From positions 124,001 through 188,000 of the IMG/VR virus record IMGVR_UViG_3300037042_006844: 64,000 bases of DNA; one strand, 5' to 3'. How positions within the stretch are numbered: position 1 is the first letter of the stretch; each line of letters opens with the position of its first letter. Positions 28,374 through 38,713 of the stretch are shown in pieces. The position numbers and the translations under genes are program-made. Under the pieces are notes generated by a model. It did not search any database and was not told where the DNA came from. It saw only the letters and a program-made list of their open reading frames with translations.

Positions 28374-29010
28374 AAGACCTTTGAAACTACGGCACGGTGC
28401 CGAGCAGAATGTGTTTTTCACATCTGATACGCATTTCAACCACAACAAGGAGTTTATTTACAAAAGTCGTGGATACATCGACCGGTATGAACACAACGAT
28501 GCATTGATCACCAAAATCAATGAGCGCGTTCATGCTCAGGACGTATTGTTTCATCTGGGCGATTTTTGTTTGAATATCACTCCTCCAGAATTCCAGACAA
28601 TTATCAGCCGTATCAACTGCCAGAATATTTACTATATCTGGGGCAACCACAACAGTTGTATTCGTAAGTATTATGAGGATGCCGTTCTCCAGAAGTTGAA
28701 CGCGGCAATTGAAATGTATCCATACACGGTGGGTAACATCACCTTTTTGGGCGACTACAAAGAAATCATTGTCAATGGGCAATTGATTGTGCTGCATCAT
28801 TATCCTCACGATATTTTCAACCAGCAGCAAAACGGTGCTTGGCAGCTTAGTGGACATAGCCATTACACCAACCAAAAAACTCAAATCGACTATTTGGAAA
28901 AGAAAAGCTTGGATGTGGGCTGGGATGGTCACGGCAAGCCTTTGAGCTTTGACGAAATTTATAGAATTATGAGCACGAAAACCAACGTGCGAACCGACGA
29001 TCATCACTAA
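28366..29010 (+). CDS. calcineurin-like metallophosphoesterase
   Basis: SDTH, HLGD, GNH, HYP, GHSH, DVGWD. Confidence 0.9.
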   Translation: MFERPLKLRHGAEQNVFFTSDTHFNHNKEFIYKSRGYIDRYEHNDALITKINERVHAQDVLFHLGDFCLNITPPEFQTIISRINCQNIYYIWGNHNSCIRKYYEDAVLQKLNAAIEMYPYTVGNITFLGDYKEIIVNGQLIVLHHYPHDIFNQQQNGAWQLSGHSHYTNQKTQIDYLEKKSLDVGWDGHGKPLSFDEIYRIMSTKTNVRTDDHH

Positions 29011-29018
29011 CATAGATT

Positions 29019-29216
29019 ATGAAAACAAAAACATATAAATGCCACGACGTATCATTCAATTTCAGCAAAATGGATGAGGACACACTGTTTCGGATGTGGA
29101 CCCACTATTGCGGCGGGTCTGCATCCGAATCGAAAACAATAAGTGCATTGATTGAAAATATAGCGCATCTGCGTGGATTCGATGTCACTAAATGGGAAGC
29201 AAGAGAATCGGATTGA
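29019..29216 (+). CDS. hypothetical protein
   Basis: ORF in operon. Confidence 0.5.
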   Translation: MKTKTYKCHDVSFNFSKMDEDTLFRMWTHYCGGSASESKTISALIENIAHLRGFDVTKWEARESD

Positions 29217-29246
29217 CAATTCGAGAGATCGTGCTATTTTGATATT

Positions 29247-29627
29247 ATGAAAATTGAACTAACACCACAGCAAGTCCACTCCGTAGTATTTAACTCTCCT
29301 TGGGAAACTCGAACCGCAGTTTTTGATCAGATAATGGTGCTCGCCGAAAAGGGTGCTCAAGAGCCACCTCTGCCAAAAGTGGTGCCGCCCGTGGAACCGG
29401 GTTGTGACAGTGGAGTAAATGCACTGTGTGATAATGAGTCTATTTCCGAATTACTGGCAACCGTCACTCAGTATGAAAATTCATACGGCGATAATATTAT
29501 CAAAACTCGAATCGGAATGTGGATGCGTGCTATACCAAACCTCTCAGCAGAAAACGCCCTAGAATTATGCAATCGTTTGCGAAACGCTCAGTTGTATTAT
29601 CAGATTAAGAATTTTGATACAATATGA
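29247..29627 (+). CDS. hypothetical protein
   Basis: leaderless promoter at 29213. Confidence 0.6.
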   Translation: MKIELTPQQVHSVVFNSPWETRTAVFDQIMVLAEKGAQEPPLPKVVPPVEPGCDSGVNALCDNESISELLATVTQYENSYGDNIIKTRIGMWMRAIPNLSAENALELCNRLRNAQLYYQIKNFDTI

Positions 29628-29842
29628 AAATATACATTGTTGAGTCCGTGGCATTTAACGAACATACCGAGATACTCCACGTTAACTCCGATTTGAATAA
29701 AACAATTGAATACGTGGATAAGTGTAAATCGCCGTATGATGAGGATGATAATTACGAAATTGGAGTCTTTGAATTCGTTTCAAAAGAAGGCAGCACCGAA
29801 TTTGTGTATAGTAAACAAGTATACGAGCGAATTTTCAAATAA
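29624..29842 (+). CDS. hypothetical protein
   Basis: ATGA-coupled; MKIYIV N-terminus. Confidence 0.55.
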   Translation: MKIYIVESVAFNEHTEILHVNSDLNKTIEYVDKCKSPYDEDDNYEIGVFEFVSKEGSTEFVYSKQVYERIFK

Positions 29843-29846
29843 ATTT

Positions 29847-30128
29847 ATGAACAGCAAAAACAACACTACGTTTAGTAGCAACCGCAACATCATCAAATAC
29901 ACCGCAAAGTATTTTGTGCTCAGTATTCTGGGCGTTTTAATCTGGGACTGTGCAGGAAAATTGAGCACAGAACGGGATACATTCGCAAATATTTTCGGAG
30001 CCGCACTTTTCACTGGACTTTTTTTAGGGTTCGTGTTAATCTTGAAAAGTGACATCGCCAAGTTGATAACGACTGACGATCAAACAACTGACAACAAAAC
30101 AGAAAACAAAACAAATGAGCAGCAGTAA
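29847..30128 (+). CDS. two-TM membrane protein upstream of SPFH gene
   Basis: two hydrophobic segments. Confidence 0.6.
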   Translation: MNSKNNTTFSSNRNIIKYTAKYFVLSILGVLIWDCAGKLSTERDTFANIFGAALFTGLFLGFVLILKSDIAKLITTDDQTTDNKTENKTNEQQ

Positions 30129-31044
30129 GACATTGGTGAAGATGGTTAGTATTGGGCTGGTCGCAAGTGCGCTGGCGTTAGCAACAACTGGTTGTAATCG
30201 GATTGAACCCGGATGGGTCGGAATCAAAGTCAACCAAGCTGGAAGCGCAAAAGGTGTGGAGGATTATCCTCTGCAAACTGGCTGGGTGCTGTATATGCCG
30301 GGTCTCACCAAAGTATATGAGTATCCCACATTTCAGCAGAACGTCATTTGGTGCGCGAGTCTAAACGAGGGACGAGCATTGGATGAAAGCATCAGCTTCA
30401 ACTGCAAGGGTGGTGCAGCCATCGTGGCAGATGTGAGCATGAGCGGCAAGTTCAAGATCGAGAAGGTGCCGTTTATTTTCGTCAAGTTCCGCACTGAACC
30501 GAGCCTAATCGTCCACGGATATTTACGCAACGAAGTCCGTGATGCACTGGGACGCATTGCATCCACATATGATCCGATGGATGTGATTGGCGACAAGCGT
30601 GGAGAGTTTCTGGATGCTCTCAAGAAGGAAGTGGATTCAAGGGTTGGTGATTGGTGGGTTGTTGACTATATCACATTCGCCAACAAGCTCCGTATGGACC
30701 CTCGCATTGAGCAAAGCATCAACACAATTATTGAGCAGAAACAACAGACGGCAGCAAGTGAATTGAAAGTCAAACAAACCAAGGCTGAAGCTGATCAGCA
30801 AGTCGCCAAGAGTGAGGGTGAAGCTCGCAGCAAGAAGGCTCTGGCAGAAGGTGAAGCTCAAGCCATTCTTGCCAAGGCAAAGGCTCAAGCAGAAGCAAAT
30901 ACACTGCTCACGCAAAGCATGACGCAGATGTTGCTACAGTATGATGCACTGCAAAAGTGGGATGGCAAGCTGCCCACGATTACTACTGGAAGTGGTGTAG
31001 TGCCTTTCATCAATGTTGGCGGTGTCGTATCCACCAACCGATAG
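30115..31044 (+). CDS. SPFH/band 7 domain lipoprotein
   Basis: TTGC lipobox, IEPGWVGIKV, AEA-rich coil, KWDGKLP. Confidence 0.9.
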   Translation: MSSSKTLVKMVSIGLVASALALATTGCNRIEPGWVGIKVNQAGSAKGVEDYPLQTGWVLYMPGLTKVYEYPTFQQNVIWCASLNEGRALDESISFNCKGGAAIVADVSMSGKFKIEKVPFIFVKFRTEPSLIVHGYLRNEVRDALGRIASTYDPMDVIGDKRGEFLDALKKEVDSRVGDWWVVDYITFANKLRMDPRIEQSINTIIEQKQQTAASELKVKQTKAEADQQVAKSEGEARSKKALAEGEAQAILAKAKAQAEANTLLTQSMTQMLLQYDALQKWDGKLPTITTGSGVVPFINVGGVVSTNR

Positions 31045-31122
31045 AAAAGCAACAGATAGGGGAACTCAAGGCTCCATTGACGAAAGTTGATGGAGCCTTG
31101 TTTATTGTGGGAAACTAAATTT

Positions 31123-31344
31123 ATGGCAAAGAAACTCGTAATCAAATGTGTGGTGTGTGACAAATCCGATAATTTTTCGGATTCCAAAGACGTTACCCAG
31201 GCAAGATGGAAAATTATTGGTTGGAATATCGGTCAAGACGAACCCATATGCACATGCAACAAATGTGATTATTTTGATCAACCAAAAAAGCAAGCAAAGT
31301 CGAGCGTTGACAAAACAAAAAAAGCTGCTAAGATAACACCATGA
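31123..31344 (+). CDS. small zinc-ribbon protein
   Basis: CVVC...CNKC. Confidence 0.55.
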   Translation: MAKKLVIKCVVCDKSDNFSDSKDVTQARWKIIGWNIGQDEPICTCNKCDYFDQPKKQAKSSVDKTKKAAKITP

Positions 31345-32495
31345 ACAAGACATACGACACAATTTATTCAAAAGATTCCCTTGGCAACATTCGCATTTGG
31401 TATATGAAACAGCAAGATGCGAAATATTGCACCATTTCGGGTCTCAAAGACGGAGAGAAAGTCACTAGCGAGTGGACCCTCGTCGAGGGAAAGAATACTG
31501 GCAAGAAAAACGCCACATCTGCCGAGCAGCAAGCCACTGCCGAGATCATCTCCCGCTATAAAAAGCAACTTAAAACGGGATATTTCAAAAATATAAAGGA
31601 TGCTGGTAAGATTTTGTATGTGGAACCCATGCTGGCTCAATCGTTGCACAAGCTCGCCGACAAGAATTTGCCAGACTACAACAAACAGCACTGGGCGATT
31701 CAATGTAAATTCAACGGTAACAGGTGCGTTGCCACCAAGAGTGGTCTGTTCACCCGCACGGGGGAACGCTATATGAGCGTTCCGCATATTGAAGCGGCTC
31801 TCAAGCCATTTTTCGATAAAAATCCAGACGCAGTTCTGGATGGTGAGCTATTTAACAACGATTTGCGACAAAAGTTGAACGAAATAAGCGAGCTATTGCG
31901 TAAAACTGTGAAAATAACCCCAGAAATTCTTGCCAAAAGCAAGAATATGGTGCGATATTATGTTTACGACGGCTACGGTTTCAACAGCGATACGTATGAC
32001 TTCGATGCGGCAACACCGTATCGCATCCGCAAAGAATATATTGATGGAAATATCGTCGGTGCCTATGATTACATTGAGCACGTTGAAACGACCACAATCA
32101 AAAACGAATCGCACATGATGGAAATTTTCCAGAAGTATTTGGCTGACCAGCAGGAGGGTGGTATTCTGCGAAACATGGCGGCTCCTTACGAACACAAGCG
32201 CAGCAAAAACCTTGTCAAGGTAAAAGTCGATGAAGATGATGAAGCTGTGATTGTTGATTTGACTGATGGAAATGGCAATTGGAGTGGTGCCGCAACCAAT
32301 GTCACACTCAAATGGAAAGATAAAACATTTGATGGTGTATTCAAAGGTGAATATGAACAACGGGTTGAAATCCTAAAAAATAAAAAGGATTGGATCGGCA
32401 AGACAGTCACGTTCTTTTTTATGGGTTTGACTGGTTTGGGAACCCCGAATTTCGCCAGAGTAAATCCAGATAATTGTTTCAAAACGGATCGATAA
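31341..32495 (+). CDS. lig: ATP-dependent DNA ligase
   Basis: PMLA, KFNGNR, LDGEL, YVYD, EGGILR, KRSKNLVKVK. Confidence 0.9.
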   Translation: MNKTYDTIYSKDSLGNIRIWYMKQQDAKYCTISGLKDGEKVTSEWTLVEGKNTGKKNATSAEQQATAEIISRYKKQLKTGYFKNIKDAGKILYVEPMLAQSLHKLADKNLPDYNKQHWAIQCKFNGNRCVATKSGLFTRTGERYMSVPHIEAALKPFFDKNPDAVLDGELFNNDLRQKLNEISELLRKTVKITPEILAKSKNMVRYYVYDGYGFNSDTYDFDAATPYRIRKEYIDGNIVGAYDYIEHVETTTIKNESHMMEIFQKYLADQQEGGILRNMAAPYEHKRSKNLVKVKVDEDDEAVIVDLTDGNGNWSGAATNVTLKWKDKTFDGVFKGEYEQRVEILKNKKDWIGKTVTFFFMGLTGLGTPNFARVNPDNCFKTDR

Positions 32496-32510
32496 AAAAA
32501 GAAGGCGCAT

Positions 32511-32834
32511 ATGATGATTCGAAACGTGCATCTGATTTATACAGTTACGACAGTGAAATTCCGCGCCGAAGTTCCCACAGACAACTGGTGCGATTCAAGA
32601 TGCTGGGGATACTATTTCGATTTGAAAACAGCCAAACGAATGGTATCGAAAAATTATGCTGCTTTTAATGAGGCTGGATATTGGCCCTGGATTGTGATTG
32701 AAGGAGTTAAACCAGGAATTGGGCATGTGGATCGCAATGAATATTGGTTCGTTTATGACAACGATACACAAAAATATGTTGCGGCGGAAAAACCAACGTA
32801 TGCATATTTTGCGGTGTGCTGGGGAATGGGGTAA
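32511..32834 (+). CDS. hypothetical phage protein
   Basis: RCWGYY...E..Y...VIE...GI motif. Confidence 0.6.
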   Translation: MMIRNVHLIYTVTTVKFRAEVPTDNWCDSRCWGYYFDLKTAKRMVSKNYAAFNEAGYWPWIVIEGVKPGIGHVDRNEYWFVYDNDTQKYVAAEKPTYAYFAVCWGMG

Positions 32835-32842
32835 TATAACGC

Positions 32843-33316
32843 ATGATATTCAAAATTATAGATAGAATCACAATTCGGAAATTTTCGGAACTGTGTGTGA
32901 TTGCCGCATTGATTATTTTTGCATTGGTTAATATCAACCAGCTTGCCCGACAGATATTTGTGAAAGGGCATGGTAAACGCATGGGCGTGGTCACAAAACT
33001 AACAGAGCGTGGTTGGTTCAACAAAAGTTGGGAAGGCGAACTGTTTGTTCCGAGTGAAGAAATCAATTACAGTAGTGGAGCATTGGACCCGGACATATGG
33101 AATTTCAGTGTAACCGACACAAACTTGGTGAGCAAAATTGAATCGTGTATTGGAAAAAATGTAATACTTATTTACAATCGCAGCTTTGATCCAAAACATC
33201 GAGAAACATTATTTGACGTAATTGAGATCACCACAAATAATGTGCAGCAAGTGTTCATTCAGATTCAAGACCCGATGGTTCCCTTTCCCAGATTTGTCGC
33301 CGTAACAAATCATTGA
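32843..33316 (+). CDS. membrane-anchored OB-fold-like protein
   Basis: TM then G.R.GVVTKL..RGW..KSWEGEL. Confidence 0.65.
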   Translation: MIFKIIDRITIRKFSELCVIAALIIFALVNINQLARQIFVKGHGKRMGVVTKLTERGWFNKSWEGELFVPSEEINYSSGALDPDIWNFSVTDTNLVSKIESCIGKNVILIYNRSFDPKHRETLFDVIEITTNNVQQVFIQIQDPMVPFPRFVAVTNH

Positions 33317-33366
33317 TAATATCAAAGCTTGACAAAGCACCAACCTTTTGATAAATTGGTAGCAGC

Positions 33367-33651
33367 ATGAAACCTACATCATCTGGAATTTATGAGTGGT
33401 TCGATCACACTGGCAAAAAGCGGTTGGTCGAAGTCGTGGACGTAAGCAGAGGCATGTTGCCGCCATATTTGCGGGTGTATTTTAATGGCAGTTACTACAA
33501 CATCCACGATGAGCATGACCCGGAATGCCCCCAATTCGATCATCTGACCAAAGCAGAATGGGCTGACAAATGGGGCAGTCGCATTGCCAATAATTTTGAA
33601 TTACCAGACGAGCAATTGTATCTGGCTCCCGACAAAAACACTGAAGTATAA
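33367..33651 (+). CDS. hypothetical protein
   Basis: promoter TTGACA 33329. Confidence 0.55.
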   Translation: MKPTSSGIYEWFDHTGKKRLVEVVDVSRGMLPPYLRVYFNGSYYNIHDEHDPECPQFDHLTKAEWADKWGSRIANNFELPDEQLYLAPDKNTEV

Positions 33652-33852
33652 CAAACGCACAGTCATAATGAAACTAAACAGATCCAAAGTATTCTCAGCG
33701 TATATAACTTTCTTTTTATTAAGCATCATTCCGATGCTATTTTTCGAAATGAACAGCCCTATCAGCCGCGAGCTTGTTATTTTTAATGCGAAACTCTCAT
33801 TAATTATACTGGCGATCTATCTTTGCACCACCGAATAACAACATAACAACAT

Positions 33853-34503
33853 ATGAACTATTTCATTGCCACAGATTGCGAAACCGGAGGAATCGGAGAC
33901 GACAAAAGTTTGCTCACAGCATACTTTGCTTTTCTCAGACAATATGACGACGGCAGCATCGTGAAGCTCGATGAGTTGGATTTGAAAATCAAGCCAAACG
34001 ACGATGTGTATCGTATTACAACCGAAAGTCTTGAGATCACTCACATCAATTTGATTCAGCACAACAAAGGTGCCATTTCCGAAAAACAAGCTGGAACCAA
34101 GCTGTATGATAAGCTGCGCATTTGGTATAGTGACAGCGGAAATACCAAGCTTATTCCAATTGGACATAATGTGGCGTTCGATATTCGTCGCATCACTAAT
34201 ACTTTGGTAAACCGGGGAAGCTGGGAACAATATGTTAGTTATCGTGTGTTGGACACATGCACTATCGCCCAATTTCTACGGTTAACTGGTAATTTGCCAA
34301 CAGATTTGTCGTGTGGTTTGGGCAACCTTAGAGATCATTTCAAAATCGAAATGCCCGAAGGTGCTGCACATGAAGCAAAATACGACACGCTTGTCACCGT
34401 AAAGGTGCTACAGCATTTAATGGAAATTGTCAGTAGCAGTAACAAGAAAACGACCCAACCTCCGTTGTGGGGGACCACGGTTACTACCGGAGACGGTTGG
34501 TAA
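33853..34503 (+). CDS. DEDDh 3'-5' exonuclease
   Basis: DCETGG, GHNVAFD, LDT, HEAKYD. Confidence 0.9.
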   Translation: MNYFIATDCETGGIGDDKSLLTAYFAFLRQYDDGSIVKLDELDLKIKPNDDVYRITTESLEITHINLIQHNKGAISEKQAGTKLYDKLRIWYSDSGNTKLIPIGHNVAFDIRRITNTLVNRGSWEQYVSYRVLDTCTIAQFLRLTGNLPTDLSCGLGNLRDHFKIEMPEGAAHEAKYDTLVTVKVLQHLMEIVSSSNKKTTQPPLWGTTVTTGDGW

Positions 34504-34579
34504 CATATTCAAACCCAAGTTTTGAAAAAAAGCGTTTGACTTCTTATCAAACGCTGCTAAGATGAGTTTATCGCTGAGA

Positions 34580-37012
34580 ATGAAAACTATCGCAACCAAT
34601 AACACAGTCACAAACAGTCCAAACCTTACTTCGACTGGATTTACCATCCGTCCGAAGAATTTGGGAAAAATCATCAATATCGTTGAGAACGACATCTATT
34701 CTGATAAAGTTCTCGCCGTTATCCGAGAATATTCCTGCAATGCCTACGATGCCAATATCGAAGCTGGCAAGCGGGAGACTCCCATCGTTGTTTCTCTACC
34801 ATCACGTTTGAGCAGTGAGTTCAAAGTTCGTGATTACGGCAATGGTTTGACCGAAGCTGAAATTCATGAGATTTATACCTCCTACGGTGAATCCACCAAA
34901 GAGGATTCCGATGATTATATCGGTCAGCTTGGAATTGGTAGCAAGAGCGGCTTTGCTTATGGTGAGAATTTCGTTGTGACCAGTTGGAAAAACGGAGTCA
35001 AAACCATTTACAACGCCGTAAAAGGCACCAATGAGCGTCAGATGGTGAAGCTGTTCAGCCTACCTTCCGATGAACCCAGTGGTATTGAAGTGACCATTCC
35101 TGTTAAAAACGGGGATGAGGTATCATTCAAAAACAAAAGCATTGAGTTTTTCAAGTATTGGAAAATCCAACCCAAGCTAATTGGTGCGAGCCAGCAAGAA
35201 ATCGACTCTTTCCAAACCCCAGTAATTCTTGAAGGCAAAGGTTGGCAAATTACCAAATCGTTCAACAGTAAATGGTCGGGTGTGTCTGCGATTGCCGTCA
35301 TGGGCAACATTTCATATCCTATTCAGTGGGGGTTGGTGCAAGATAAACTGCGCACCCATTTGGATTCGATGACCCAGGATAGAACGCTTTTCATGAAGTT
35401 TCTGCCGTTTATCACCAACAATCGGTTCGTGATTCGGTTCGGCATTGGGGACGTTCAGATGGCTCCCAGCCGAGAAGCATTGCAATACACTGACCGCACC
35501 GTTAATGGCATTGTCAAACGCCTTTTGGAAATCAGCAAAGAAATCGAAGCAGTGGTCCTCAATATTTTCAACAATTGCACAACGTTGTGGGAATACAAAG
35601 GTCATCTCAATAACATTTTTGGAAGAGCTTTGGGTGGTGGTTATTACTCTGCTCACGAGACTGTGTTCTATAGTATGTCAAACATTGAAGTGCTTTATGA
35701 TTTGGTTAAAAACAAATTGCATTTCAACGGAGCCAACGTGGTCAGCGCACATTACGAAAATGTTTCTTATTGGGATGTCAACAAAGGAAAAGTATCGATG
35801 GTGCTCCAACCAAAAGCATCTCCATCATTATCGCCAGGAGCAACTTTAAGTAGTAGTATGCAAGAGCCTGCCTACGAGTCAATCGTAACTAGCCATTACG
35901 TTAATAGCCGCGATAAATTGGTAACTGAGTCTCCGAGATTTGGAAACCAGTATTTCAAAATCATTGCCACTCCCCATGCACATTTTGTGATCATGGATAT
36001 TGATCGCAAAAGCAATGTCAAGCAGTGTCTCAAATGGTATATCAGTGAAGGCGCAAAAAATCCTAAATTGAATATTCAGCATCGTGCTCCGAAACTGGTT
36101 TATACACTACAATTTGGAAATGATGCGGTGCGTGCTGCATTTTTCAATGCGTTTAACATCAAAGGTGCTACAATTGTCAATTTCAGCCAAATATTTGAAC
36201 TGTATAAACCATTGATTCCAAAACGGCAGAGTTCTGCTACCAAGCTGGAAGATGATACTGTGTATTGCGGCATGATTAACCCTGGGAACCATTTCAGCTA
36301 CTATCGGTCCCGCAACACGCTCGACGCTCTGGCAGAGTGGAGAGCCAACGTTGATCTCAAAGCTGAAAAAGGGTTTTATGTTGATATGAGCAGTGCCAAC
36401 GGGAATGTTGTGATCAATGGTATGGTGATTACGCCTTGGACATTTTTCAGCAATATCAGTATGCTAAAAAATGCTGGTGTTGATTTTGGTCAAATTACTC
36501 GGGTTCAACTATTCGGTAGTCGCATTATGAATGGGAATAAATTTGATCGCAACAAACAAAATTGGACAAATTTTGTTACATACATGGAACAGTTTCTCCG
36601 GGGCTACGACAAAAGTCCGTTCGTGGCTTCGTCTGTTATACATAAAAGAGTTAATGATCCACATCGACCGTTTTATATTCACAAAGATGCATTGGCGCAG
36701 ATCGCGCAGTATTTTTCAAAAAATCATTTGTTGCACGAATTCCTCGGTGCGTTTCCTTGGATGCCGACCAACATTCAAGATCGGATTGGTATTTTGAATT
36801 CGTTGCACGTTGAGATTGTGCATGGAAAGGATGTTGCGGTTAAAGACACGATGGAACATTATTTTGACACGATCATCAAGAAATATCCCATGCTTAAAAC
36901 ACTGCTATTTGTCCCCAGTTATAAAGATGTGCAGGGTCAGGTCCCAGTGACGATTGTCCAAGAAATTGTTGATTATATTAAACTTGTTGACAGCCTTCAA
37001 AGTAACGGCTAA
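34580..37012 (+). CDS. rIIA: RIIA-like protein
   Basis: IYSDKVLAVIREYSCNAYDA, RDYGNGL, GQLGIGSKS, PSREALQY. Confidence 0.9.
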   Translation: MKTIATNNTVTNSPNLTSTGFTIRPKNLGKIINIVENDIYSDKVLAVIREYSCNAYDANIEAGKRETPIVVSLPSRLSSEFKVRDYGNGLTEAEIHEIYTSYGESTKEDSDDYIGQLGIGSKSGFAYGENFVVTSWKNGVKTIYNAVKGTNERQMVKLFSLPSDEPSGIEVTIPVKNGDEVSFKNKSIEFFKYWKIQPKLIGASQQEIDSFQTPVILEGKGWQITKSFNSKWSGVSAIAVMGNISYPIQWGLVQDKLRTHLDSMTQDRTLFMKFLPFITNNRFVIRFGIGDVQMAPSREALQYTDRTVNGIVKRLLEISKEIEAVVLNIFNNCTTLWEYKGHLNNIFGRALGGGYYSAHETVFYSMSNIEVLYDLVKNKLHFNGANVVSAHYENVSYWDVNKGKVSMVLQPKASPSLSPGATLSSSMQEPAYESIVTSHYVNSRDKLVTESPRFGNQYFKIIATPHAHFVIMDIDRKSNVKQCLKWYISEGAKNPKLNIQHRAPKLVYTLQFGNDAVRAAFFNAFNIKGATIVNFSQIFELYKPLIPKRQSSATKLEDDTVYCGMINPGNHFSYYRSRNTLDALAEWRANVDLKAEKGFYVDMSSANGNVVINGMVITPWTFFSNISMLKNAGVDFGQITRVQLFGSRIMNGNKFDRNKQNWTNFVTYMEQFLRGYDKSPFVASSVIHKRVNDPHRPFYIHKDALAQIAQYFSKNHLLHEFLGAFPWMPTNIQDRIGILNSLHVEIVHGKDVAVKDTMEHYFDTIIKKYPMLKTLLFVPSYKDVQGQVPVTIVQEIVDYIKLVDSLQSNG

Positions 37013-37105
37013 GATACTTATAGTGGATAGAACAAAAACGTCGGTCATAACAAATTAGAGAGTAATAAACAAAAAAGAATAGATAGCAATAATAATAATA
37101 AACAT

Positions 37106-38398
37106 ATGATTAGCATAAGCCAAAGCACCAATAGCGTCACGATCATCATCTCCGATCCAGTGACCTTTACATACGAAGGACATTATACAGTTAATCGGGA
37201 TCAAGCCCATTACGAAGCTGTAATGGAAGCGATTCGCAACAACGATGAGGCTGCGATCAAGAATCTGTGCAATGTTTCAAAAGCCATTACAACCTACACC
37301 GAGGGTAAGGTCCGAGTTGAAAACGGTCACGTTTACTACGGCAATGTTCTTGTGGAGGGCATCATTGTGGATCGTATTTTGGGATTCATCAAGGAAAAGC
37401 TGCCCATTCAGCCCGTTCTTCGTTTCATCAACAAGCTCATGGAAAATCCTTCCAGCCGTGCTGTGAATGAACTCTACAAGTTCCTTGAGCACCGCAACAT
37501 GCCCATCGGTCCTGACGGCACTTTCTTCGCATACAAGGGAGTTCAGAATGATTATTTCAGCAAAACTGCTGGCGACATCGAAGTCATTGAAGGCATCGTG
37601 GCAGATGGTAAAATTCTGAATGCTGTTGGTCAACGAATCGAAGTAAAGCGTAATCAAGTTTGCGACAACAAAGACATTGGTTGCAGCAAAGGGCTTCATG
37701 CTGGCAGTCTGAAGTATGCTTGCGAGTTTGGCTCTGATGGCAAAGTTGTGATCGTGGAGATCGATCCCAAGGACGTTGTGAGCATTCCCACAGATTGCGG
37801 TTGTCAAAAGCTTCGGACTTGCGCCTACAAAGTGGTTGGAGAGTTCGAAGGAGTTCCTTTGAGCGACAACTATTGCGATGCATATTCAGATGATGATGCG
37901 ACCTACGAAGATGAAACTGACGAGAACGAAAGCGATCATTGTTGCGGCGATCCCGCCGACGGTTGCCCATGTGGTTGCGGCAGCGATCCCGAAAAGTGCA
38001 TTGCTCGTCCTGCGGATGATGACGATGACGAAATCATCGAAGTCGCGGTTTCCGACACAAACAATACGTGTTCTTCAAATTGTGAATGTAAATACGATGA
38101 AACCGATACATGCACCCATTGCGGAGGTAATCTTAACAGCGAATGCTGCCAGCACAGTGACGATTCCGAGCCACAAACCGTTCTGGACGATGCTTTCGGC
38201 GAGGGATTTGATGATGGATACGATGACGGTGTAAACAGTTTGGGATATCAAGGCACGACTTTGGATATCACCGAAGATGTTGTTCGCAATGAGCACATTG
38301 TGACTGCCGCCCAATACAGCGAGGTCTGGAAAGAGGGATACCAGAAGGGATATGATGAAGGTGTGCGGGAACGTCCAGACAATAATGTTAACGTCTGA
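37106..38398 (+). CDS. rIIB: RIIB-like protein with Cys/acidic C-terminal extension
   Basis: ENPS, LYKFL, FAYKGV, CSKGLHAG, DVVSIP.D...KLRTC.Y. Confidence 0.9.
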   Translation: MISISQSTNSVTIIISDPVTFTYEGHYTVNRDQAHYEAVMEAIRNNDEAAIKNLCNVSKAITTYTEGKVRVENGHVYYGNVLVEGIIVDRILGFIKEKLPIQPVLRFINKLMENPSSRAVNELYKFLEHRNMPIGPDGTFFAYKGVQNDYFSKTAGDIEVIEGIVADGKILNAVGQRIEVKRNQVCDNKDIGCSKGLHAGSLKYACEFGSDGKVVIVEIDPKDVVSIPTDCGCQKLRTCAYKVVGEFEGVPLSDNYCDAYSDDDATYEDETDENESDHCCGDPADGCPCGCGSDPEKCIARPADDDDDEIIEVAVSDTNNTCSSNCECKYDETDTCTHCGGNLNSECCQHSDDSEPQTVLDDAFGEGFDDGYDDGVNSLGYQGTTLDITEDVVRNEHIVTAAQYSEVWKEGYQKGYDEGVRERPDNNVNV

Positions 38399-38428
38399 CC
38401 GCACATAGGATAGATTATAAATACCACC

Positions 38429-38460
38429 AGAGGGGCAGCGAAAGCTGCCCCTCTTTTTTG
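38429..38460 (+). terminator. rho-independent terminator
   Basis: agaggggcagc-gaaa-gctgcccctct + T-run. Confidence 0.85.
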
Positions 38461-38511
38461 TTGAAAATTATTTGAGTTGACGTTTTGCCAATTGGCGGTA
38501 TAGTTATGTAT

Positions 38512-38713
38512 GTAGCCGAGATGAGATTTATAAGTCGAAGCTGCGAAACAGCTGTTAACCCAACCCATCTCCCCAGAAGCCAACACCATTTCCATGGTTT
38601 CGGGTGGTATAGTTTCCGTCCGACCTCAGATGTCTCTGTAAGGGGCTGCATCTGGAGGTAGGGATCCGATCACCGACTCTGTTCAAATTCCAACAAAGAA
38701 AGACGTTTAAGAT
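38512..38713 (+). ncRNA. structured RNA / 5' leader of nadV
   Basis: promoter TTGACG-N16-TATAGT at 38477-38504; several stems, GAAA and GTAA loops. Confidence 0.5.
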
